DNA of 64,000 bases from Camelus dromedarius (GCF_036321535.1 NC_087437.1:110672001-110736000); one strand, 5' to 3'. Positions 23,367-37,241 are shown, counted from the first letter of the stretch. A program made the numbers and translations. Notes: a model not told the origin generated them from the sequence alone.

Positions 23367-26300
23367 CTGCGATGCAAAAAAAAAAAAAAAAAAGGAAAAG
23401 AAAAGACAAGAAAATGTCTGTTCAGTAGTAAATAGACGTAATGAGTTCTCCACTGACTTACTGTCACGTATTCCTCAGAATAATGGAGCTTTGTTACTGG
23501 AGGGGGCTGGGGGGGTGGGGAGTGTAAAATTTCTATGCTTCTTAAAAGGTTGACATCCAAAACCCAAACTTTAAAATAACTGTCATTGAACATCATGTCA
23601 CTGAACAATAATATCCCGTGGGTATCTTATGATCGGTAGGAACAAGACAGTCACATCTTCACTTCTGCTTATCTGGTCCATCCGGCTCTTTTACACTGGC
23701 TTTGCAATGAAACCTCTCAGATCCAAAAGGCCCTTACACGTAATTTCAAACATCCATAGGTGATTAGAGAAGAAAAATGACAAGAAAGCCAAGGAAGGAT
23801 TTACAGTGACAGAGAAAAGCTGTGCCTGGGCAAAGCTGTTTTTTTAACCACATGGGGACATCGGGACAGTTGTTAACAGTTCATTTGCAAAAGAGTCGGC
23901 GTGACGATAAGGCATTTGGATCTCGGTCTTATTTATATACACCCCAAGTGAGACTCCCTCCGGGGGCAGGGCAGACGGGCACGTGTCCAACTTTGGAAAC
24001 ACACTGAATGACTCGCCCAAAGAAAACAATTCTAAAGCAGATAAGGATTGAAATCTCCAGGCCTTCTCCACTGGTCAGGATGGGTCAAATGCTTTTTTCT
24101 ATCTAGAAAGTCATTCTTAAATTAGCTTCGAGGAAAAGGAAAAAAAAAAAAAAAAAAAAGATTTTGAAAAGTTACATGGCAACATGAAAATGCCCAGCTA
24201 GAGAGAAAATGTTCTTATCAAGTCTTTTTTTTTTTTTAAAGCATCCTTATCTTTGAGAGATTTATCTTAAAGTACTAGCACGTAAAGGTATGCCTGGAAT
24301 CTGCTTCCAAAATCACCCAGAGCTGCGGGTGGAAACAAGTTAGTAAATGGATGAAACCTAATTTGGTAATTATGGAACCTCAGTGCCGGAGTTCAGGACA
24401 CCGTTCCCTACTCTTTGGTAAGTCTGACGCTTTTTCATACATATAAAAATCTCTTCACACCAAAAGCTCAACAGACGAGAATTATTTCAAAATAAGTGAA
24501 GTTAGTTTTTCACTAGTTTAATACTCTTTCTACTTACCCTCCCCCCCAAATGTTAAGGCCAAACTAAGAACATTCCAATAATTACTCCAATAATAGTCAT
24601 TCAGTTACATCTAACAAACTCTTAAGTGGGCAGCACTTCACTGCGAAGAGGGAAATTAATAAACTATAAATGCAATGTTCGGTGGGGTGGGGAGTGTGGC
24701 TACGGGGAAGGGGCAGAACGTGGGAGGTGGGGACAGTGGTGATCTTGCTTTTTAAATAAATGTTCACGCAAGACAGGGATCTCGCATTATAGAAAAGCAC
24801 GCTTCCGGATAGTAGATGTGAGCTTGTTCTAAACACCTAGCAGAACGATGAGGAGGTTTCCTGTGGTGATCCTCGGGACCCTCCAACGTGCATCCTCTCC
24901 CGAGGGACGTGAGGGTTTGCAGCCTGTGATCTGAACACAGGCACCCCCGAGCCAGCACCTTCCTGTACACCTGGCTTTTGGGCTTTCGCCATGGGTCCTA
25001 AAGACCAAACGTTCGTTGTCTGCAGGATGCAGAACGTTGATGTCAAACACTCAGGGTGGATGGCTAAGCCAGGGAAACAGAAACAGAAAACTTCCCAAGT
25101 GTGCTACCTACTGCTTGTCAGAGCCACTAAGACCAACAAACCACCACAAAATAATCATCCCCAGGGCACAATGATAAGCAGGAAAGGCTCCCTCACAGAG
25201 ACAGAAGCTGCCAGGGCTCCCACCGACCCTGGGTCCTCACTAAAGTCTTTAAAACTAGAAGCAAAATATTTTGGCTCACCATCTGTTTCCGACTGAAGTG
25301 GGAGGGAAAGAGAAGTGAAACGTCATGGGGTCTTGGTTGACAGGGACAAATCCACTCGGAAACCTGACTGTCATTATTAATAAACACCCGGTGGCCACTC
25401 CCAAGGGGGCTGCCACTTACAGAGTCTTCTGGAAACCAGACCCACAGAGCAACCTCATCTAAGAAGCTCCTCGTTCCTGGAACCTCGGAGTGAGAGAGAG
25501 GCAGCCCACTGTCAGGCACCAAGAACTTAGGGTGGTCCTGATGAAGCCTGGGGATCCTCGCCCCTTAAAAGCGACTGCGCTGAAAACATCTATGCAGATG
25601 CACAGAGAGCGTTAAACAACACCATTGTTAAGGTACCTCACTTGAAGAGTTTAACAAAGCAAAGAGACCAGAACAGTGGTGATAAAGGTGGTTCTTGCCA
25701 CCCCGCCCCCCACCACGTTTTTCAAGCTTCGTTAAGTTACAATAACGTCTTAGTAACTTTAAAAAATAAAAATGAGCACGTACACTAAACATAAAAAGTA
25801 TAGTGATCTTACTTGTAACCTGGGAGTCCGTGGTTTGGTCAGCAAATAGTTACCCTAAAAATGGAACTCTGGACCCGTATACCAGTGTGTCTTATCATTT
25901 TGGTAAATGTTTTTCAATTATGAGTTCTCATTAGTCATGGCTGGTCTAACATAAAGGGAAAATCCTAATGAACTAACTAAATCGTTCATTAGAACTCTCA
26001 AGAGTTTCACGCTCCTCCAATATCTGCAAGTCAATATTAAGGCAGATTGAACATCATGTTCACAATGCATCTGTGGGCAAGAAGAATTCCAAGTACTAAT
26101 GCATATTTTAACACAGGGATTCTAAATATTTGGCCTGCTTTAGACTTGCCAAATGTTCAAGAGGAAATTCCCTATCCCAAGAGAAACTCAGGTAGGAAAC
26201 TCCTCAGCAGTCCGAACCTGTCTTCCAGTGTTCATTGACTTAAGTTGCTTGAAAGAGCACGTGACTCATTTTGAGACAATGTAGCCACAAATGATGCCAT

Positions 26301-29300
26301 ACAGCGAGTATCATTTAGTTTGGTTGGCGTGTTTTCTGAAACTTGCCTCTTAATTATGACTACTTCAAAGGATGAAACAGCAAAACATAATGTAGGTCTT
26401 CTCAATAAATAGTCTGAGCCAATCACAGCAGAAAATAACGTGACCTTCAAGTCCACCATGCTTTGCTCATCCATTCTCTTCTTATTCTTGCATGTCAGTC
26501 GAACTTGGAAACACAAATGCAGGCAGTTACTACATACAGACACCCACGCACACACACAAACACACACACACACAAAGTGCTACCGCAGAATTTCCAAAGC
26601 TATTTATCCTCCCGTTCAAAGTGACCTTTTTTTTTTTGAATGCCCACAGTTATTAGAACTCCCAAGGCCAGAGGCCTACATAGGGAAGGCATGGATATAC
26701 GCCCATGGTCACACGTGAATTATAACTGAGTAGGAATGAATGAATTTTTTTGGCAATTATTTTAGTAATTGCAATGATCAGAAAGTATCTAAGACCCACA
26801 GGCCAACATGGTTACCTGCTATGTTAAGCAACAATCATTTTCATAACATTCATAACATGAATTGTCCATGAAATGGAGAGCTTGAAACAGTTACTGTACC
26901 AGAACTCGACTTGTGGCTCGGATGGCAGATGACAAACTGATGTGAAATGATGTGGATCAGACAGAATAGGAAAGAGAATGAGCTGAATGCAGGAGACAGA
27001 AGAAAGAGATCCATTATTAAATATTAGGGAAAGCACCCATCACCAACGTTGAGAAAGACAATAAGAAATAAAAGACAGACATTCTGACAATCACCTTTGT
27101 TTTCAGTCCCTCCTCCAAAGGAGGGGGGAAAAAATAACACTCAACATTAATTAGATCATTAATAACATGTGGCACTGTTTCCCCCATTATCTCTTTCCCT
27201 CCTAAGAATAAAATCAGCTCCACTAATTACAATAAAGTGTTTTCCAAAGAAGCAGCAAGCTTTAGAAGGCACCTGGCTCTGAGCACACTGTATAATTTAT
27301 CCTACATGGGCGCTCTTCTCGAGACCATCAATTTCTTAAAGTGCATACACAAGTTTTCTGTTTTTAAACTCAAGAAGTGGAAGCTTGTTCCACACCATAT
27401 TGGTTTTGTCTTTATTTCTATGTTTGGGAGGGAGGGACCTGAGGATCCAGGGAAAGTTAGGTGGGGTGACCTTTTATTATTAGAGAAAGGGATGTGTGTC
27501 TTAACAACGCCATCAAACACCTGTCAAGAGACAGAAAGGGACACTTTATAGGGGAACTGGTCTAACTCATGATCTAAAGATGGTCTCTAAGTTGCAGTGA
27601 CAATATTATATCTCCCTCAATCTCTTAGTTTCTACCAAAGCAATAGCTTGAAAAGTACCTAACATCACTCTTTTCCCCACTCACTGTTCAATTTGCCCCC
27701 AGAGTTTACTGCTTAACTCTGACTGACCCTCCAATTCGTGATGGGGTCTAAAGCCGATGTTCCCAGGAGGCTCCAAAGCAATGCTCCCCCTTGGAGGGAC
27801 CCTCTGGAGTCTGGCTTATTAAAAGAAAAAAGGCCAGAGTCCTACTTCTGACACCTTCAGCTGCAGTTCTGAGAATAACTCCCACAGCTCTGCAGAATAT
27901 TAATGGGTCTGTAAAGAATCACGCTAATCTATAAATAAAAGAATGCAGTAATCCTCAATAGACCAAATCTGTTAAGTAATTAAAATGAAAAATGTGAACA
28001 GAAATACCATTATCTTTAAAAAGCTAGAACTCGTGTACGTGAAGGAGTCAAAGCACGCAACAGTGTCTCACTTATTTTTAACACCTACGTGGGGGCTGAG
28101 TCTAGCTTTGTCCTGAAACAAATGCCCTTCTCCCTTTCCTCCACAGAGGACCACCCAATAGGCTTATCTGAGCCAGGGTGTTCCATTTCTCCTTCATACG
28201 AAGCCATATTTTTCCCTTACAAAAGTCCTAGTGATCCGTTTAAAAAAAAAAAAGTACAAAAATTGCTGATTGCAGGATTACAGAACTGAGATACTTGCTG
28301 AGGTAGTGAAAGTTACTCCATCTTTATAAACCACTGTGTCAAATGAGGAGGTCCAAAAACATCATCGCATTCATCCAGCTTCTTCTAGGATAAAATTGTG
28401 ACCGAAAAGGTTTCCACTTTCCCTTCGGTTTCCATCCTCCCCAGAGAAGACCATTTCACACCCCTAAGAATATTTTCTAGATCCTCCCACCCCTTACGGA
28501 CCGGCCTTCCTGATGACTGACAGCTGCTGTAACCACCCGCTTGGCACAAAGCCCAGATGTGGCTTCAGAACCTTCTTTGAAAGTGACTGTGACAGTGCTG
28601 TGAGCTCAAGGCTCACTCTCTGAGCCTCACCTTCTCTGTCTGTACAATGGGGAAGTATCAGTTCTCTCTCAGACCTGATCTGACTACTAAATAAGACTTT
28701 AGTGCAACTAATTATGCAAAAGTAAAAACAGTAAGGAAAGCCCCTCTCCTCTTTCCCTTTCCTTGCTCAAGGCCATCCAATTCATCCAGCCATCCTTCAG
28801 GGAGGGAGAAAGAAAAAGAAACTGGGCTTACCTTGAAAAAGATCAAGTTTCTACAGCTTAAGGTAAAAGTAGAGGAAGTGAGCTCAATCATCTGTCACTA
28901 AAAAAAAAAAGAGGCTAACTGTGTGTTCATAGGAAGATGAATTTCCCATCATGGAGGTCAAATTCATATTTATTTCAGTTTTTCCCTACTCTAAAGATGC
29001 CCATGGTGTATCAGTTACTGTCAAAGAGCAGGTTACAAACAGTGCACATGATATGATGCCATTAGATACACATACATGTGTGCGTGTAGAAGCCAGAATG
29101 CAGGCACAAACACCAAAATGTTCACCGAGGTTATTTCTGGATTTTGTGAGTAAGGGTGGCCTTAATTTTCTGCTTTGGTCTTTACCTAAATTTTCTCAAA
29201 TTTCTGCAATGAGCATATACTAGGCTTATTACAAATCTATCAAGTACACATGTTAAAAGAAGGAACTTAAAAGAATCTCTCTCCTGCCAGCACTGAAGAA

Positions 29301-29468
29301 TTCACTAACGTGTACTATGCATATCATCACAAAGGAATCCGAAGCTGCTCTGAAATGAAACGGAGGTAGGCCTTAAAGCACCTTCCTGCGCCTCACGCTT
29401 CTGAGGGTCCGGGGCTTCCTCCATCTCTCCTTGTTCTCTCAAGAGAGCAACCCCCAGTAGCCTCATAC

Positions 29469-29639
29469 CTTGCAGATCAGCTCCAGGGTGTCCCGGGCCG
29501 TGTCCCCAGGCCGGACGACGGTCAGGGCTGGCTGATTATTTGGCAGACAGAACCAGGATGGAGTGCAGTACTCGTGGACCCAAATGTCACAGTCAGGGTT
29601 GTGCTGGTGGACGCTGGGTAAGACCATTTCTTTCTCCCT
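29469..29639 (-). CDS. TIAM1: TIAM1 coding exon (171 nt, phase 0-0): REKEMVLPSVHQHNPDCDIW...DTLELICK; start of RBD
   Basis: Acceptor ttatcccag|AGG, donor AAG|gtatga. Translated by hand. Confidence 0.97.
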
Positions 29640-31713
29640 CTGGGATAAGAAATAAAGTTAGCAGAGCAGCAAGTCAGTCTCTCAGGATCCTAGCTCCCCA
29701 GATGGGGCACAAGGATTATCCGTTCCTAGGAAAAGGGCCCCGGGCAGACGTGGCTGCAGTGGTGAAGGACAGAGGGGACTCCCCAGGGAGAGGAAGACGT
29801 TGTAGAGAAAGGAGCTTTCCTGGGGGTGGGGGAGAGGTGGAGTTCTCAGATTCGAGGCAGACCTCACACCTGATCCACGCTTCCTCGGGTGGGCGCTGCA
29901 TGAATGAGTGGGTATCAAAATTAGGAAGAAAGAAAGAAGGAAACGGGCCATCCATCCATCTCAGCTTATTGCTATGAGTTCTTCCATAAACCCATTTCAA
30001 ATTCAGAGCTGAGAATTCCTACGACCAGACTACCAGCCACGTGAGTTACACGTTTCAAAGGCAACAAAGCAAATTTTTAAAGAAAAGCTGGTGCTCTAGC
30101 CCTGCCTATTTACAAGCAGCATCTTTTGAGGGGCTCACATTTGACCTCCAGCACAACTCTGGGAGGGAGGCAGCTCCACTTCCCAGATGAGGTTCAGAGA
30201 ACTTCAAGGATGAGCTTTACACCTCCTGAGGCTGTTGCCATCACTCCATCCTCTGTATCACTCTCCCTGAAGATCAGGGAGTAGCATCAAGTTTCTAAGA
30301 ATGAGAGAAACTGCATCCTGTGTATGCAGTCAGCAGCTGGGTTATATCTAAGCCAGCTATGCAGCTAAAGCAAAAAAACACTCCATAAGTTGATGACATA
30401 TTAGGAGCCTAATCTCTCTGTAATAAGCAAAAAATAATTACATTAGGTTTCAGCAATGTAAAAACAATACTGATGCTTAATATGTGGTAAGTAATAAGCC
30501 CCGATTATTGGACTATAACCAGGCCACCGATTGGTATATAGGTATCCGCAGGTTACTGAGGATTTGCTGCTATCAGCAAATTACAAGAAGAAACAAATTT
30601 CCACAGGAAGTCTAGAAAGAAAAAAACAGAACAGATTCCAGAATGGGGGAAACACTTTCGTAAAGGCTACTAAACAAAATTCAATTGAAAAGACAATTTC
30701 AGCTCTGCCTTTGATGGTGTAGCTTTCATGGATAAATTGAACCCCAGGGAAGGAATTGTCAAAGCACAATCAACTTGCCTAAATCCCGTTAACTATCATT
30801 GGAATCTTCCCACTCTGTCCCCACGTGCCCCGTTAAATAAGTGCCCTTAGTACTAGAGAAGCCCAAGTGTTGCATCTAAACTGCTCTTTGAGAACAAGGC
30901 ATTCCAGCCAAGCAGTGGGATAGAGAGGAATCCTGGAAAAATGGAAAAACAAAAAATTGACACAGAAATCCAAGGGAAAAACTTGTGCAGTTTCCAGGAT
31001 CTAGACATGCTCATGTTAAAAGTATACTAATAATGGTATGTAAGATGAATTTGCTAACTTCAGAAATGGCTACATGAACATCAGAAACTAAGCTTGGATC
31101 GTCACAGAGGGACAGCAATTTAATTTCATCAGATTTCATCAGAAACAGACAGATGCTCAAAGAGAGGGCCATAGATGGGTATTTCCAAGGACGGCTGCCT
31201 TTGTATCCACAATGACATAACCCAGGAATAGTTTAGGTATCAGACGGAGAAAAGGCCTGTACACGACGACTCCTCCCACCCCATCCCCCGATAGCCAGAA
31301 CTACCCCCACTGCACTCTGGTTTCGGAGGCTCAGCTCCGTCTAAAACGTGGGGTGAGCCACTGCTTGGTTGCATGGCAACCGAGAGCTAAACTCTGTCAT
31401 ATTGATTCTGAGAACCAGAGGATCATACCAAGGTCACATTATCAACATCAGAACCCCCCAAACAAAGAGGCTGCTGGTATCACCATAAGGGTCTTTAAAA
31501 CAAGGAAGGTCCATTTATTTAGAGGCTGAAAAAAGTGGCCTAGAAAAAAAAAATCAATATTTTTTATGGGTCCTCAATCAGAGCAGTTTGAAAGCTCCTT
31601 TTAAATCCAAGCACAAGGTTGAACCAAGTCTGTGAATCTTTAATTGAATACTTGTCTTGGGAGGCAAATGCATTTTTTTATTTTTCAAAGAGCATCCTAT
31701 CATAATAGTTCTT

Positions 31714-31837
31714 TTTTCCCCCATACTTTTACCTTTTTTTTTTTACTGAGGTATAGTCAGTTTACAATGTTGTGTCAATTGTGTGTATAGAACAGGGAAC
31801 TATATTCAATATCTTGTAGCAGCTTATGGTGAAAAAG
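31714..31837 (-). mobile_element. Tiny 5'-inverted LINE-1 insertion with TSD
   Basis: T-rich tail and reverse-oriented L1 terminus, followed by a forward-oriented upstream L1 3'UTR piece. TSD aatagttctt (31704-31713 / 31838-31847). Confidence 0.82.
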
Positions 31838-32247
31838 AATAGTTCTTCGAAATTAATCGAAGCAAAACAGCACTGTGGGTAGAGAGGGAGGGCGGTTAGA
31901 ACTCACCTCTGGAGAAGGAAGTTATATATGAAAGGAACTGACAGTGGCATAAAATCCTCAGCTACCCAGAACCCCAATGTTCTCTCACATTCTAGATGGA
32001 AACTCAAACATTCAAATGATAACTATTGAAAATGTGATGTCAGCAGAAGAATGTTCTTATCACTATCAAGTTTCAAACATATAATGCTTCTCCATCTCTT
32101 GTCAACCTGTTACATAATTTTAAAGGACTGATCATTTCTGCTTTTAATACTGGGTCTACTTAATTTTAGGATCCCAAGAAACCACTGCATTGTGAATGTG
32201 GATGCATTTGTGGTACTTTTATAAAAGGAACACGTGTTTATTTTTAC

Positions 32248-32322
32248 CTTGCCATCTGGAACAGTGTCATCAAATATTCCCTCTAAAGATTTCTTTTCAG
32301 CCTCAGTTCCCTCACCGAACAC
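32248..32322 (-). CDS. TIAM1: TIAM1 coding exon (75 nt, phase 0-0): VFGEGTEAEKKSLEGIFDDTVPDGK
   Basis: Acceptor tatgtgcag|GTG, donor AAG|gtaaaa. The peptide lies in ORF 32110..32421(-). Confidence 0.95.
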
Positions 32323-34722
32323 CTGCACATACAAAAGTATCATCTTAAAAAGAAATCTAGGCAAAAGGGCAAATGAAGCATGGGAAGGGGGATGGAAAAC
32401 AAACAGGCTATTAAAAAACATTATGAACGTTTGAGATAATCTTACGTCAAATTCTAAAGCAGGTAAAACAATTTATAGTAGCAGACCATGAAAAACATTT
32501 TCGCTATCTAAATCACTTCCCACATCTTGGATAATTTTTTTTTTTAAAGTTGGCTTTTCAATCTGGATAATTTATCTAAATTGAAACAAAATAAACTTGC
32601 AAAAGCAATGAACTAGATTCATTCACAATGAAGAATTTCTGTTGTGGCATCATACACCTAATCAGCTAATTATCAATAATAATTAGTTTACTTTTTAATC
32701 CTCAGAACCTGAGAACATACATGTGTAATTATTGTATCACAAAACCACGGAAAAGCTTTTTATTAAAAAAATAGAAACTTGTCTATCCCTTGAAATTTAA
32801 TGAGTCCTGCAAACTTAAAGATGGTTAAAATCACAGCAGGTTACCAATGCCACTAGGTGGTGAAAACCTAAACATGTAGACATGAGAAATTTTATATATT
32901 GTCTCTAAACCAAGCATATACTGTCAGGATAATATACACAAACTAAGAAAAAGCCTTCGCACCAAGATATATAGAAACATACAATCTCTATTGTATGTTT
33001 ATTGTATGTACTGAATTAACAGTAAATTTCTATTGGTATGCGTATAGCTAAATAAGAAGTTTTTTTTTTTAAACTCTTACTATAACAGAGAATAACAAGT
33101 GTTGCTTATAAGACATTATATGGTCCTTTGATTTAAAGAAATTAGTTAAAACGTTCTCTTGGATTCATTTAAGTTCAGTCACATATTTCAGCAGCAATGG
33201 ACCATCATGTAATTTCAGCAGCAATGGACCATAACATAACCTGCACCCATAAAGCAGAACCCCACGGCTGAACTAAAGCTTCTGATAGAAGAGAAATTCA
33301 ACCCGAGTTGCCAACTGTGAAGTCCTGACATGCATATATAGCCATGATCTGAGTCATCTGCAGGGACAGAGGAGGCACACAAATGACACCACCACCTCCC
33401 AGAAGAAGGGGAGAAACGCTGATGGTTAATGTCCTCCTTTGGCAGGTTTAATCAAGAGACATCTAGTCTCTCGTGTGATATTTCTGATGAAATACTGACT
33501 TTCCTCTAAACAATTTCTCCTTCAGATTTACATGGAAGCAAAACCCCAGGTGGCAACACGTCGCTCTACTGCCACCAGAGGCCACAGGACAAACATGACT
33601 GCGCAGGCTCGGGCCCCCTTTCCATCTGCTCACTGGGTCTCCTGCACATTCCATTAGGGGTCCAGACAGGGTTTAAATAATGAGTTTGGGGGTCAGCTAA
33701 GAACTTAGTACATCAGCCTTCAGGATTCATTTCCCTTTTAAATGCCAGTTCTTAAGGACACAAATGGCTGGAATGGGTCAGAACAAACAACGGGACATCT
33801 TGTTATTGAATCAGTCAATGGACTGCTTCTCACTTTGCTTAAGGCTCAGAGTGAACAGGTCAAACTGGCAACCCTAGTCATGACCTCAAAATGCTCAACA
33901 CCTCATTTTCCAGCCACTGCAGCCCAGGGATTGGACATTCTCTTCCTCCTGAAGGACAAATATCCATTTTCTTTCAGTCCCTAATATCTGAAGCAGTTCC
34001 GGACCCACCTGTTTTTCAAAGCCGAGGAAGAAGGATGACAATGACAGTGGAAAGAGAGTTTCCCAGAAGTGACTCCAGGAGGAAAGTGGCCCCAGCTAAT
34101 AAAGAAGTCCAGGTAATGAGGCCGGAGCATTTGGTTATCAGAGGACCAATGATGCTGCATCCTAGGTGATGCCATTCAGGATGCACTGAGATCCCCTGAA
34201 GCCCTGGGACCTGAGTAGCAGAGAGTCATGGCAGGGAGTGAGTGCTGTCCGATTCCGGGTTCCTCACACAGGCAGGGAGAAGAACTGCCTATTTGATGTC
34301 AACCCCCAGAAGTCAAGGGCCAAGAAACAATCAGATATCCCGGAAGGCTGCCTTTGATCCAGCTCCAGGGGCAGCTTAGAAGACTGGTCAGGTGCCCACC
34401 TGGCTTCATCCACAAGCGCTACTTTTTCTCTGAAGACTGAGGAAGATGTGCACTTTCAGTGCATCTATAATTAACCAGGGTTTGAAAAGGATGCAGGTGA
34501 GAGGCTGGAGCTTGGTGGGAGACTAACAGCAGAGTTCAATGTTATGGGCATTCGTGAGCTAGTAAAAGCATCTAACATAACTCAATTCTTTGTGTCAGCT
34601 AGTTGATGTGAAATCATACTCAGTGTCAATCAAGGGACCACACACACCCACGCACGTCCATCCCAAAGTGAGGTGTCCACGGAGGCAACTACATCTGCTT
34701 TCTCGTCCACCCTGGAACCCAC

Positions 34723-34869
34723 CTGATTGATGCTTGGGCGTCCCTGCTTCTTTTTGGAGGTAGTGTCCAGACCCCAAAGAGAAGAAAACCTGCTCCTTCG
34801 CTTGCTTGCGGATCTGGACATGGCCTGAGTACGTCTTCTGACTCCAGTTTCACCAGTGCGTGCGGCCAC
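34723..34869 (-). CDS. TIAM1: TIAM1 coding exon (147 nt, phase 0-0): VAARTGETGVRRR...QGRPSINQ
   Basis: Acceptor atcctcag|GTG, donor CAG|gtgggt. Matches ORF 34630..34869(-). Confidence 0.97.
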
Positions 34870-35399
34870 CTGAGGATGGCAAAGGGAGCATCACCAAGAG
34901 GGATGTGTCAGGACCGCTCACCTGTTCCTTCAGGTCCCACCCTCCAGTGACCACTCCCCCTCCCTCACGCCTGCCAACACTGACCCCACCACCCAAAGCG
35001 CCTCATCCATGACTTAGACCTATGGGGACTTTGAGCGCCCTTCCTGGATTCACAATATAAACAAAAGGTTGGCAAACTCAATCACTGTCTGAAATCATCA
35101 GTAAAAATACATAAAATAGAAATAAAGTGTATTCTATGTTTCCAAGAACTAGATGAGCTTCTGGTCACCCACTTGAACCCTAGCATCAAGTTAAATTAAC
35201 CATACTTTCTTGAGAGTCTCTCCAAATGGTACAGTGCTGTTTCTCCACTCTAACAAAAAAAAACAAACAAAAACAAACAAACAAACAAAAAAAAAACGGT
35301 GCCTAAGTGTCGGCAAAAATTGTGAAAACAGCACACGTTGGTTCCTGTGATTCCATTTTAAATCTAATTTTACCAATCTCTTCTATTTAGTTTTCTCAG

Positions 35400-35880
35400 A
35401 ATTACACAAAATCACTTTCCTTATTAAGCAAGTGGTAGCTGTCCCTCAATATCATTCTGCCTTCTGCCCTAGTCAGATGTCACTGAGCATCTAGCCAAAA
35501 GATGACTTATCTTCCTTGTAGCAGGGAATGCGCTTCTGATAAAGTTCTGGTCAATGGGAAGTAAGTAGAAGGGTTATTTGCAATTTCCAGGACTGGTCCT
35601 TGAAAAGAGGGAGTTTTCGATTATCGTTCACTTTCCTCCATCCTGATGACAGGAAGGGCCACATGTTAGCTAGTCTAGGACACCTGTGTAGAAGCCTTTT
35701 AAGGATGGCAGAACTACTGGATGGAAGGGACCCAGGTCCACGAGGATAGTGAGACCACCGTACTAGCCTTGCATACCGTATGGTTAGGTGGAAGGGGAAT
35801 ATAAGCTTTATTTTGTTTAAAAAAAAGGAAGTGACACTCTGTTGAGATATTTGCAAGGTGCCAGCAACCCAGACAAATAT
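35400..35880 (+). mobile_element. Degraded old LTR fragment
   Basis: Contains aagttctggtcaatgggaagtaagtagaag...aggatggcagaac...tttattttgtttaa. Confidence 0.45.
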
Positions 35881-36921
35881 TTCAAAAGGGAACACGCCAA
35901 ATCTAAATCTGCCACTGCGCTAGCTGCTCAAGTCCGTGCAGAATCTGTGAAGACTCCATAAAGCTCTTCCCAGGCAATCACTCAGGCTTGAACTTTATCC
36001 TGTGGCTTGTAAGCAAAGTCGCAGGAACTTGAGGGAACCTCTGCCAGGAGGTCTCAATAGGCCACCCACGGGCTCTCCTTTCAAAAAGAGGGCGTGCCAG
36101 GAGGTACAGCCAGACTAGAAACGAAACTTCCCGCCTGCTCTTTGTTGCTGGAGGTACATGTCTCAGAACTTACTTGTCACAGATTCCCACACGGGCAGCT
36201 CCCAAAGTGACGGTTGCCAACTGGCAGCATCCTTGGGGATGAATGCTGTTGGGTAACACACGGAGCTTCCCCAGCAGTCAGCACGTTGGTTACAAGGTGC
36301 GCAGCCCTGGGGTTTTCAGTATCAACAGGGTAAACTGCCTGGAAGCCCTCTGAACAGACTGGCCAAGACCTCCACGCCCACTTAGAACAGGAATCAAAAC
36401 AGCTTCTCTGTGAGGGTGTTAGGGGGGAGGTTTCCTCAAAGCAAATAAGAGGAGGGAGCTAAGAGGTCTCGTATTTTCTCAGCTTAGCGCATAAGAACAA
36501 CCCAGATCAGGGCAGGTGAAAAGGTGGCATCCACGACAATGATGGGAACGCTCTCCCAGAAAGAGCGCTAACCTACAATTATACTCAAGGTGCTGTGGGG
36601 AACAGAGTCACACAACAAAAGGCACATGTTTACATTAAACACGTAAACATTTTCTCTTCTCCATTTCCACCACTTTCTAAGCTAAAGGTAAACAAAGGTT
36701 GTAAAAGGAATAAATTATCATATGCTGACATACATAGATGCTCACGTAACTATGTCAATACCAGTTAAGTCTATCTTAGCCAAAATGAGGCTAAAAACCA
36801 CTGAATAAATAATGCTAACGGTAAAAATTCTAGAGAAAAAACATCCATGGGGTCTCTTATTTATAAACAGCTACAGACAGAAAGGCAGATGCGCGTGCAC
36901 GCACGTGCACAAACACACACT

Positions 36922-37241
36922 GCGCCGTCCTTCAGTACCCATGGAGAATTGGTTCCAGGACCCCCAAGGATACCAAAAATCCTCCCACGCTCAAGTCGCA
37001 TTTGCATATAACCTACACACATCCCCCTGTGTACTTTAAATCACCTCTAATTACTTTTACTACCTAATACAATGTAAACTGTATGTACATAGTTGTAAGT
37101 ACCATGTAAATACTATGGAATTCATTGGGCAAATTCAAGTTTTGCTTCTGGGAACTTTCTGGAATCTATTTTTTTTTTAATATTTTCAATCCTCAGTTGG
37201 TTGACTCCCCAGACAGAAAACCTGGGGAAAAAAGGGGTCAA

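Noticed and set aside
23499..23521. G-quadruplex-like G-runs (also near 3372-3396, 6958-6972, 18365-18383, 24681-24733)
   Set aside because: Short G-runs of this kind are common in mammalian introns, and nothing else supports a function.
33185..33232. CRISPR-like or other prokaryotic repeat array or defence system
   Set aside because: Only two repeat units with a 6-nt gap, in mammalian intronic DNA. No operon-like gene structure is present anywhere in the window.
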